Below, in pieces: positions 28,001 to 36,053 of a stretch of DNA of 64,000 bases; position 1 is the first letter of the stretch, and each line of letters begins with the position of its first letter. This stretch comes from Bispira polyomma (taxonomy: Eukaryota), in contig OZ287750.1 in NCBI GenBank assembly GCA_965649765.1, positions 87,854,001 through 87,918,000 of the forward strand, given 5' to 3'. The position numbers were made by a program, and so were the translations under genes. The notes below the pieces were generated by a model that worked only from the letters and a program-made list of their open reading frames with translations, made no database searches and was not told where the DNA came from.

Positions 28001-31000
28001 ATATATTTACCTTCATCTGGTACTTAAAGAGCTAATTAACCCTTTCCTGACTGTATCAGTCAACTGCATCAGTTACTGTCAATCCATTAACTAAAGAGAG
28101 AGGCTTTACGATGACCATTTATCAATGTCCCAAAGTATCTTTCGCCTGCCACTGGGGATAGGGCCTAGTGTCAGAGGACCCCCAGTTTAAGTGGTTATCC
28201 GAGCCACAAGAATATAACAATATGTTAAGACAACACGTTCATGAACAACACCCCATCATGGATTACTCCCCACACTACCTAACCACCCCTCATTAGCACC
28301 CATCAAACTCCTTTTATTTATGTAGTGATCACACTGTCCACATTCTCGGGAATGTTCTAGTCCTGTTCTGGGAATCTGTGTGAACTGGAGTAAACGTGTA
28401 ATATCTGGGCATAAACTGGGCTTAAATGGGATAGATCAGCAAGAACAGGAGGCAGAGCCGGAAATCTTGAACATGTTCAAAAGCTCAATGGGTGGTCGGC
28501 TTTGAAAGCATATCTTGAGAAAACTGGAAAAAAGGGCATAAACAGGGCTTAAACTTCTCAGAACTTGTGTAAACGGGGCCTAAACTGCTTAGAACTAGTG
28601 TGATCTGGCCAGAACTGGAGTAAATTGATATAATCTGAAGCACTCGTTACAGGAACATGTGATGAACTGCTTAGATCTAGTTAGCTCTGGGCATAAATTT
28701 TCATAAACTGGTGAGATCTGGTCAAAACTGGGCATATCCTGGGCATAGACGGGGCTAAACAGGTCATAAAGGGGGATGCAAAAATATGCAAATGAACATG
28801 ATCTTGCCATTCTCTCCCGAATAGCCAAGTTCTAATGATCGGGAGTAAACTGGTATAAACGTGGCAAGAAATTGGACAATGTGACTGACACATTACTTGG
28901 TTACTATTGTCTTGTTTGCCTTAGTGATTAGGGAGTAGTTCACATCATAGTTAGGGGGAAGTTGGTCTGGCGAATGGATGGTACTCCTGCTGATGCTGCT
29001 AGGTTAATTGCTGGCAAAACATCATTGGGCAAGACGTGATGATGAACTATCTATGTTTGAGGACACATGATTGGTACATTTATTCGGTTGCTGCGCTTTA
29101 TAAAAATGTATGAATCAATTGTATTGTATGGTATTTTTTTAAATTTTAAAGCGCCTTATTGTTTCGAGGCATCTTCCAAAGCACAACCACAGAATCGGTT
29201 AAGCAATAGAGGAGTCCACAAACATAGTCAAGGACGAACAGAAGGATGTAGGGGTGTACAGGCAGGGATCTAAGAAAAGGAGGGTAGGCTTTTTTTGAAG
29301 AATTAGGTTGTAAGCTTTTTCCTAATACCATAAAGTGTTTTAAGTGATCTAAGCTCAATAGGGAGACTATTGCATAACATAGGGGCAGCCAATAAAAAAA
29401 AACCTCTAGAACCTGCCCAATTAGTAGGTTTAACAGAGGAAAAATCTTTCCCCCTTTAAGGTTACTGAAAGAAATTTGAGCAATTCTAAACGTAAACTCA
29501 GTTTAGCAACCTTTACTTAAGTTAACCTTAAACTTGTAAGGTGGCCTTAAATTCACATGTGGAGTCATATATATTTTAGATTTAACATATAAAATAAACT
29601 AACATACACCACTGCTAGTCTGTGTGTGTTACACAAGGTCAAATTAGAATAGGTAAGGCATCAATAAGGTCAAACTGATATAGCAGGGAGAGACACTGAA
29701 ACAAAATACAATGATGAATGGAAATGTAAACGGTGTTAAAAATATAAAAATGCAATGAAAATACTTACATAGTTCTATGTTTTGGCTTGTTTCAGATTAG
29801 CTATGGCAATGCCTGGAGATCCATGATAAACATTCCTTATACAAGGTTGTTTTATCAGCAGATTAAACAAGACCTTCAGGACTTTGAAGTGTATCCGGAT
29901 AAAGTCTTACACGGGCGATACAATCCAGATATCGAATACAGCTACCCAACACTGTGGTACAAGCTCCTAAATAAGTGGTTCGTGAGTCGGGAAGCTGTGG
30001 AAAAGCTCTCAGGTAACCTTGGTAACATATATGACTTGGTATTTTAAGTGTAGTTTCCCTTGAACATCATTTCAACACGATTTATGGGTCTTATCATGAC
30101 AGCCAGTTTTTTTGGTGGGACAAATGAGAGCAGGATAGTTCTGTTCTGAAAAACACTGGTCTTCAGCAGGAACCCACATAGACATCAAGGCCAACATTCA
30201 ATCCTTGATGGTAGGAGTCTTAGAATTCTTCCTCTAGCTGTAGCCATTTCGTATTTGTATTCAAATTGTAAAGTGTATTTATCTACCTTTGTGTATGATA
30301 TTCAAAGTGCTAAATGACACTTTTTATGACTGCTAAAGCACAGCCAACCAGCACTGGTAGCTGTTTTACTGAAAATAGTGGCTTGAGGATGGCACCTCTC
30401 TGATTTTGCATACAGTGGTCAATATGTATAGTAATTAATCTTAATGTGTGTCCTGTCAACATACATTATTTAAATATTGATTAGTTGACAGGTATCTTCA
30501 AAATTTTGCCTTGGAATGTTCAGAAACACAAGAAAATAAAAATAATTACAATCTTTTTTTTTTGTATTGACTAAAGCCACTAATGGGTGGCCTTTCTCCC
30601 AGAATTCATAGCAAACATGCGCAGTGCTGTCACACATCGTAACTGTGGAAAGACCTATTTATCAGGTCCTTTAATCTGTTGACTGCAGATAGGAGCCACT
30701 GCCAGAGGACCACCATTTTAAGTTGTTATCGGAGCTACTTTATGTGCCTGTTATCTTTGGGAGTGCCAGGCTGGGATTGAGTCCAGGTCCTCTGTGTTTC
30801 TAAGTAAGTGTGCTACCTACTATGACACAGTTGCCAATTAGATGACATCATATACATCAGTCTTTATATCTTGTTGTTTGTTCAGTTGAACAATTAAGAA
30901 GAGCAGTGAATGGGGATTTTCATGACAAAACCTTGGACATGTTCCTCAACCAGACGGAACGGGAGTTTGAGGTTCTATTGGTAGGTTTGTATTAGAGACT

Positions 31001-33563
31001 TTTAACCCCTTCATGCCCGTACAAGTCGATAGCAAAGTATATTTGTCAGAACCCTGTTTGCTTACCAGCAGACAATACCCCAATATTATTATTTCACTTG
31101 AACGCTTTCCCTCCCTATATTGTTAGCTAGCAGCGCACAGCCTTTCTTACTCCCAGAACATATGTTTCTCGTCAAGCAGTCGACACCCCCAAAAATATTA
31201 TACTTTTTTTCAATTCCTCGCAATAGGAAATTGTTAGCATAGCAGAATCCCCTTTTAAGAAAATGATACACAAGGCTATTATTGAATGCCGGATGTATTC
31301 TGTGGTGTGTTTTTTAGTGACTTCAGATATCTGTAACGTATTCCCTAAAAAATGTCTTTCAGTTTCCACCAATAGTTTTTTCTTAGGGTCGGGAGGGTTA
31401 AGGGAAAAACAAATCTGTTATAGATTAAACTGTAATAATAATAGCTTCTTAATTCTCAATGTGTACACAAAATGCAATTACTAAACTAGCATGTTTCTGG
31501 TGTAACTATTTGGTTAATAGAGATACTTTTATTTGCTGGAATTGCACCAATATATGGTGATGAAGCTAGTGTTTTTGGTATTGTTTTGCTGTCTATGTCC
31601 CTATAGTATAATTATGTTATTTCTGGTCTGAAATCCCCATAAGAATAAAGTGTATTTAATAATGTATAAGCGGGCCTTATGCCGTGGAAATTCAAACAAA
31701 CTTGTTTTCTTGTTGGTTTTTGTATTAGGGCATTATAGATGATGCTTACCTCAAGGCGGAGCTAGATGAACCTTTTCTGGTGGCTTTTGATAAATACAAG
31801 GCATCCTTGGATGGTTTCCTGAGTGAAAGTGTGGTTAACTCAAAGTTTTACAGGTTGGTTAATATTCTATTGTATTTTTGATATTTTATTAGTTGGGTTC
31901 ATGTTATGTGTAACAGCTTAGGTCATATTGACAACTGCCAGATTTCATGGTAGAGGAAACCATTGCAGGAGGACTGTGAACCACCGGCCAACAACAAGTA
32001 CCTGTCAAACTTTCCCCACACGAAAGAATTTAAATTTAGTTTTAGGTAGCTTTCAACAGCTAAGGCCATATCGCGGTAGTCAGATACAATGATGGAAGAA
32101 ATCAGTGCTGAAGCATTAAAAACCACCGACCTACAGCACGTACCTGTCAAACTTTCCCACATAGAGGAACAAACATGATTAAATATGACACTGGTGAGAG
32201 GCCAGTGATTATGAAACAAATGCTTGCAACTACTAGACCACCGCAGCCCCTAATAGTATGTTGTAGAAATAACCCTTGAGATCGAACTTATGTTCTTGAA
32301 AAACATATGTAATGCCTTCAAAGATTGGTTGCAATTGACCCATCCAAACTGAAGGGTGTCACATTTGCCTCAGTATATAGTCGCCATATCAACCTTAGTG
32401 TATTTTAGACTGTGTGCTCTTTTTAAAAAGATAACCCTTGTTTTTTCCTGCAGAGAGAATTTCATGCGCGTTGACATTTTCCTTCAAGAATTGAGATATG
32501 AGGAAATCAGACAGCAGAAAGCGTATGACATCATCAAGTTATTGGGTATTGTATTGTATTCAAACTTATTCTGACCACATTTATGTACCTTTATCTGGTA
32601 CCCAATATGCTCATTGGCTTTATTTTAGCTGCTAACTCCCTAACCTGCCCAAATTAACTCTAATTCACCCAACTGTAGATGACCAGCTGTCAACCTCCAC
32701 AATGATCTTTAGCCTGTCACTGGGGATAAGACCCAATAACAGAAGCACCACCATTTTTAAAGTAGTCATCCAAGCCATTATGTATCTGCCTGTACATGGT
32801 TACCCAAAGCTGGGATCGAACCCAAGTCATCTGTGCTTTTAAGCAGGCGTGTTACCAACTGAGACACAGTTGCAGATAAAGGTAGGTTTAATAGAGCTTA
32901 ATGTTGCTTTGAACACTTTTGTGTCTTGTTAGTTGAACATTTCACTCGGTGGAGAAAATTGGAATACACAACCAAATATTTGGCATACAAACATACTTGG
33001 CCTTCACCTTATATGAGTTTGATAATTACTCGTAAATATTTAGACTTCAAGTTTGAGTCTTTATTCGAAGTTATTATTCGAATATTAACTCAGATTTAAA
33101 CATATAACTCAGTTTTAGGCCTTAATGCTTAATTTCTATAGTACTAGTAGTAAAACTTGTATTTATTTTAAATATTTTAGCATATCAGCGATCTTGTCGT
33201 TTTGGGGTTTTTCAAATTATTGCAACATGCTTCATAACAGTAATTATAATAAAAAACACCCCTATGGTTCTACCTTTTCCTGAAGACTGTTCACCGAGGA
33301 AAGAGAAACTCCTCTTTCTTTGAAAGATGAAAAATTTGCAAAAAAGGAAATGTTAGTCACTCTGTATTTCTGTCTTTGTAGGTGACATTGGCGGATCTAT
33401 GGGGCTGTTCCTGGGCGCCAGTGTGCTTTCAGTCATCGAGTTTATCGATGTGTTTGTGCATCACGGCTTTCAGTCGTTTTACCGGAAAAATACCAAAGAT
33501 AAGATGGCAAAAAAGAAGTCCTCAGGAGAAAGTGGTAGGGGCCCTAGAGAAAAAACAGAATGA
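2871..33563 (+). CDS. DEG/ENaC (ASIC-like) amiloride-sensitive channel subunit with giant knuckle insertion, whole spliced gene, ~1043 aa, 21 coding exons
   Basis: Exons: 2871-3070, 4002-4112, 4949-5116, 6544-6705, 10098-10222, 10856-11037, 12620-12767, 14053-14109, 14862-15040, 15858-16075, 17395-17554, 19419-19569, 22609-22692, 23832-23958, 26320-26501, 27464-27630, 29796-30012, 30886-30980, 31729-31853, 32454-32545, 33382-33563 (3132 nt, one open frame). Family motifs: TSLHG, TM1, FPAITLCN, GQCYTFN, GLRLQLNIEQ, Cys-rich thumb, CPVPC, GDIGGSMGLFLGAS. Confidence 0.93.
4002..4112 (+). CDS. DEG/ENaC exon 2 (pre-TM1 HG motif)
   Basis: ttgcag|...|gtgagt; encodes DSEPKKSLSKVFYEFTQNTSLHGARQITEPQPFIFR. 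Confidence 0.93.
4949..5116 (+). CDS. DEG/ENaC exon 3 (TM1, beta1-beta2)
   Basis: RLLWFLVFLGSGVLLVLQMGLSVQYYLSWPVSVDLKIIYNDSIQFPAITLCNKNAFR; GT-AG bounded. Confidence 0.95.
5208..6070. repeat. G-rich ~21-22 bp minisatellite (ggggttggtctggtgatgagaa)
   Basis: About 30 degenerate copies interspersed with a longer variant ggtccctggttacactcctagtta. Confidence 0.95.
6544..6705 (+). CDS. DEG/ENaC exon 4 (finger)
   Basis: tttcag|...|gtgac, phase 2-2; TSKAFEKGYYFLLHDLY...IGHTIEELVI. Confidence 0.88.
7400..8363 (+). mobile_element. 5'-truncated L2-clade LINE (family A), frameshifted RT C-terminal region plus 3' UTR
   Basis: IESWMNNSKLKPNLDKTEFLLIG, RLDYYNSLLYG, SFLVAAPAGWNNL...FRKKLKTHLY, then the same tail as 893-1172. 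Other fragments at ~3770-3890(+), 16400-16560(-) and 56820-57030(-). Confidence 0.9.
8364..9557. repeat. 67-bp tandem satellite, ~18 copies, with 470-bp higher-order repeat
   Basis: Unit caccataatgacaacttcttcctttgtacaccgatagtctatcatagcactgacctattaaaccaca; the variant pattern of 8431-8900 recurs at 8901-9370. Confidence 0.97.
10098..10222 (+). CDS. DEG/ENaC exon 5
   Basis: SCEWEGNPCNHGDFVQQLTDYGQCYTFNSG, containing the family GxCYTFN motif. Confidence 0.95.
10856..11037 (+). CDS. DEG/ENaC exon 6 (palm/beta-ball)
   Basis: GSGGGLRLQLNIEQYEY...GLKILIH...HGVAVPPG; donor gtaagc. Confidence 0.95.
12620..12767 (+). CDS. DEG/ENaC exon 7 (thumb)
   Basis: VHNLEPKHGKC...YTVTNCEATCKLMFVLEKCHCKDVYMP. 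Confidence 0.95.
13240..13490. repeat. ~77-bp AT-rich tandem repeat (~3 copies)
   Basis: Recurring ttaatgcatagtatgtaaaactttgtacattctgatttttg; a partial copy also at ~13045-13070. Confidence 0.85.
13615..13960 (-). mobile_element. L2-like LINE 3' end (family B, (caata)n tail)
   Basis: Reverse complement encodes a decayed NSL...LRSPETLSEF.KKLKT motif followed by the 3' UTR. Copies at ~11360-11765(+), 19585-19860(-), 29118-29470(-), 36690-36800(-) and 41000-41290(+). Confidence 0.7.
14053..14109 (+). CDS. DEG/ENaC exon 8 (thumb)
   Basis: GPAPVCTLLQYQDCLVETL; tttctag|...|gtaagt. Confidence 0.92.
14862..15040 (+). CDS. DEG/ENaC exon 9 (end of thumb, beta10, start of knuckle)
   Basis: EIFTQMKEVCECPVPCDSLMFEPVVSYA...YLNSREINQK. 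Confidence 0.93.
15858..16075 (+). CDS. DEG/ENaC exon 10 (knuckle insertion)
   Basis: Phase 0-2; VNQEIVKEDRGMIG...LLEDNIL, heptad-like. Confidence 0.85.
17395..17554 (+). CDS. DEG/ENaC exon 11 (knuckle insertion)
   Basis: Strong polypyrimidine acceptor, phase 2-0; QWKSYFEKNFDHVLF...VPSSAA. Confidence 0.85.
17674..17926 (+). mobile_element. tRNA-derived SINE, full length, nested in an older SINE
   Basis: A-box tggcctagtgg, B-box gagttcgaa, (tcaaat)n tail; ~17-bp TSD tccagcctctcggtcag / tccaacctctcggccag. Confidence 0.88.
19419..19569 (+). CDS. DEG/ENaC exon 12 (knuckle insertion)
   Basis: Phase 0-1; LWRRLGIISSTKQFIQTMENKLTY...FYKSPELL. Confidence 0.85.
21860..22420. mobile_element. PIF/Harbinger-like MITE (~560 bp)
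   Basis: TIRs tgtcctggtcacacctacacgt / acgtgtaggtgtgaccgggcca with TAA/TTA flanks. Confidence 0.75.
22609..22692 (+). CDS. DEG/ENaC exon 13 (knuckle insertion)
   Basis: Phase 1-1, donor gtaagt; ATRMSTLGKEDYKDQHKELLHSVNDVKF. Confidence 0.8.
23832..23958 (+). CDS. DEG/ENaC exon 14 (knuckle insertion)
   Basis: Phase 1-2; GIIDLLNVINDFSENNTF...FRENLY. Confidence 0.85.
24147..24395 (+). mobile_element. tRNA-derived SINE, same family as 17674-17926
   Basis: Perfect 15-bp TSD ttcccctaactcaag at 24132-24146 and 24396-24410. Confidence 0.92.
26320..26501 (+). CDS. DEG/ENaC exon 15 (knuckle insertion)
   Basis: Phase 2-1; SYDKLIVELPTNAIDEVILNF...HAQSIT. Confidence 0.85.
27464..27630 (+). CDS. DEG/ENaC exon 16 (knuckle insertion)
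   Basis: Phase 1-0; ELSLRYLANDNNVTK...LRNELRSLK. Confidence 0.85.
28321..28893. mobile_element. Probable Harbinger-like MITE (~570 bp)
   Basis: Imperfect TIRs tcacactgtccacattct / agaaattggacaatgtga; internal short repeats (aaactggg). Confidence 0.5.
29796..30012 (+). CDS. DEG/ENaC exon 17 (knuckle insertion)
   Basis: Phase 0-1; ISYGNAWRSMINIPY...EAVEKLS. Confidence 0.85.
30886..30980 (+). CDS. DEG/ENaC exon 18 (knuckle insertion)
   Basis: Phase 1-0; VEQLRRAVNGDFHDKTLDMFLNQTEREFEVLL. Confidence 0.83.
31006..31397. mobile_element. piggyBac-like non-autonomous element
   Basis: TTAA|CCC...GGG|TTAA ends, with weak TIRs; internal segment (ttactcccagaac...aagcagtcgacaccccc) also found at ~15095-15290. 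Confidence 0.5.
31729..31853 (+). CDS. DEG/ENaC exon 19 (end of knuckle insertion)
   Basis: Phase 0-2; GIIDDAYLKAELDEPF...SESVVNSKFY. Confidence 0.87.
32454..32545 (+). CDS. DEG/ENaC exon 20 (beta11-beta12)
   Basis: RENFMRVDIFLQELRYEEIRQQKAYDIIKLL; compare ASIC [24 protein letters not shown] (recalled from memory). Confidence 0.95.
33382..33563 (+). CDS. DEG/ENaC exon 21 (TM2, GAS selectivity filter, C-tail)
   Basis: GDIGGSMGLFLGASVLSVIEFIDVF...REKTE*, TGA at 33561-33563. The true frame differs from the ORF-track frame. Confidence 0.96.
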
Positions 33564-34616
33564 CGGAAAGGAAATTTAAAAGGCCCAAACAAGACAATGT
33601 AATGATTGTTACTATATTCCCCACCCCCACACTCCTGGGTTAGATTTAAAGTGGAGATTTGTGTGAAATAAGATTTGTTCTTAATTTGCTATTTGTTTTA
33701 TTTTAGGTACACCCATCATCATAACCTGGTCCAGTGTCATAAACTTCTCCACTTTTTTAGAGTTTCATAAATGCCCAGTGACAATGTAACAGTATAGCTA
33801 ACGTCCAAATAATCCGGCCCATATTTAAATGTCTAAATGTTTTTAATGTCACAACTAAGATAATTCACAAGTGGGGAATGCCAATACAATCTTTAAAATT
33901 GAAATACTAGTTAATATAAATATACACATTTTGGGAGAGAGATAAGTGTTCTCCAATGTTGTTAACTGCTATGATATAAAAAGACAGACAACTTTTTAAT
34001 AGACTGGAAAGTGACACCACCATTATACATGCACATACACATACGTGTCATTAGAACAGTAAGATTCTGGCAAAATGGATCAAATATGCAAAAGGTTATG
34101 ACAGAAAAGCACCTTTATTCAATGTATAATATATTCACCCTTCTACAATTAACCACATAGATACATGTGCTGTATATTTGTACATTAAAGCCAATTAACC
34201 AAATCATTATGAATTAAATTACATTAACAAAAACATTCTGTCCATATCCATTAATTTTGTAGTCACAAATATTGCTAAAAAATAGATTAGTCATGAATCA
34301 TTATGTCAGATGTGAGGTACATTAACATTGTTTTTGGTGCCACCCACTTTATTGTATATGTATATATTATCCAGTTTCCAACAATGCCACATCCCTAGAA
34401 TTTAGCTCAGATATCAAAAATTCCGGCTGTCAATTGTCCAAACACAGTTGTACAATTATAAACTTTAGAGAAATTGAGTTCATAAACTTAAATATTTTGA
34501 TGACAAAAGTTTATAACATAATAGTGGTTTTGTTTTAAATTGTCTAACCACTGTTATGATCATGAAGCAGTCAACAGAAAAGTAGTAGTTCCCTCTTTGT
34601 GTCAACCCTGGGCCCT

Positions 34617-36053
34617 TTACACCTCGTCAAAGGTGAAGTGGAAGTGCTGTTTCCTGCCTTTTTCGAACCTCATGAACTGGACATGGTCTATGTCAGTTTC
34701 GTCTGAGAGCATGGTCCTCCAGGTTCCCCTCAGGTAATCATTACTGTGCACCGTATTGGCTGGAATAAACAACGTGTGCATTTTAGGTATGATGAACCCT
34801 GTCAGATGTAGGGTATCGTCGTTCACGTACTTCCCCAGCACCATCACCCCCGAATCCTCCTCTAGCGGGCAGTCAAGATGGTCGAAACCGTGCTTTTCTA
34901 TGCCAGAGCCGCCATTCCCCGCCAGGACGTATTCCTCCAGGTACTTCTGAGAGTAATCAAAGTCAATGACGCCATGTCTGTACACAAGGCAGCAATCCTG
35001 CTCCGACCGATCTGCGAAGCAGCAGTTGTAGTAGGACAGATTCTGGCTGGTCGCCATAATCGCCGGCACCACGCCATCAAAGGCCCCGGTAAATGTCAGC
35101 TCGCCAGATTTCTCGCCAATTTCTTTTCTCCTCCAGTTGGTCCCACTCACAGCCACGATATGCTTTGGTAGCACCACTGCTGGCTGAAAAAAGGAGAGCT
35201 CGGACAGCTTGTAGGACCCGGGTAAGTAGTCTTTCACTAAATCACTACCTGACATGACCAAATTATCATGTTGGTCATACCTCTTCAGACCCGCAAATTT
35301 CTTCCAACGTTCCTCCAGGAAAGCTGTGATTTTATTTGTGTCGGCTGAGTGGCAGATCTTTCTTAGGCCATCCTTAAGCAAGAGCTGGGCTCTCTTCTCT
35401 TTCTCTGATACCATTAGGGTTTGGTTAATGTCCAGCATTATGAAGATATCCCGGAACTGTTCATACTCTAGGCAGCCATTGCCATCCGTGTCACATTCTT
35501 GGAACATTGTGATCCCAGGAGCAATAAGATCTGCCTGGCCAATCGATATCAGAAAAACCACAAATTCCTTGAAATCAAGAATACCACGGCTTTCTTTGTC
35601 TGCTTTTCGAAATGCCTTTACAATATGCATGTCATCTTCCCCATCATTCTTTGCACGAGAAACGTTCCATCCAACCACCATCATCATGTAGCGGAAGAAT
35701 TCCTCGAAAGCCACAAAGCCACTGCCATCCATGTCAATGATTCCAAAGATTAAATCCAATTGTTCATCATCAATGTCTATCTCAAGCACAGTGATCATGG
35801 TGTGGAATTCGTCTTTATCCATCAATCCATTGCCATCTTTATCAATCCCAAGGAAGACAGTGCGGACCTTTTCGGCAATCTCTTCTTTATTCAGACTTGG
35901 ACCTTGATCTTTTCTATTCTGTTTGTTTGTCTCTGGATCCCTGCTCTTTTTACCAATATCTGGATTACTTAGTCTTCCCTGGATTTCCTGAATCATAGGC
36001 TTTGTTCCAGATAACATAGCCCTGGCATTTCTTCTAAAATCTTTCTGCCATTC
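34617..36053 (-). CDS. Fusion gene last exon: end of PH helix, 4 EF-hands, AllA-like cupin
   Basis: 1437-nt open exon after ttccag acceptor. EF loops DKDGNGLMDKDE, DMDGSGFVAFEE, DKESRGILDFKE, DTDGNGCLEYEQ. Cupin motifs IEKHGFDH and LTGFIIPKMHTLFIPANTVHS. Confidence 0.93.
   Translation of the reverse strand, partial: EWQKDFRRNARAMLSGTKPMIQEIQGRLSNPDIGKKSRDPETNKQNRKDQGPSLNKEEIAEKVRTVFLGIDKDGNGLMDKDEFHTMITVLEIDIDDEQLDLIFGIIDMDGSGFVAFEEFFRYMMMVVGWNVSRAKNDGEDDMHIVKAFRKADKESRGILDFKEFVVFLISIGQADLIAPGITMFQECDTDGNGCLEYEQFRDIFIMLDINQTLMVSEKEKRAQLLLKDGLRKICHSADTNKITAFLEERWKKFAGLKRYDQHDNLVMSGSDLVKDYLPGSYKLSELSFFQPAVVLPKHIVAVSGTNWRRKEIGEKSGELTFTGAFDGVVPAIMATSQNLSYYNCCFADRSEQDCCLVYRHGVIDFDYSQKYLEEYVLAGNGGSGIEKHGFDHLDCPLEEDSGVMVLGKYVNDDTLHLTGFIIPKMHTLFIPANTVHSNDYLRGTWRTMLSDETDIDHVQFMRFEKGRKQHFHFTFDEV

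Noticed and set aside
2871-33563. Interpretation as two channel fragments plus an unrelated nested gene
   Set aside because: There is only one TM1 and one TM2, and all 20 junctions are phase-compatible with no internal start/stop structure.
34620-34631. C-terminal FDEV as a PDZ-binding motif linking the enzyme to the channel complex
   Set aside because: A three-residue motif arises easily by chance and has no independent support.
34540-35972. Several + strand ORFs (up to 145 aa), also present at 62303-63642
   Set aside because: They are antisense shadows of the real minus-strand exon; their conservation just reflects the duplication.
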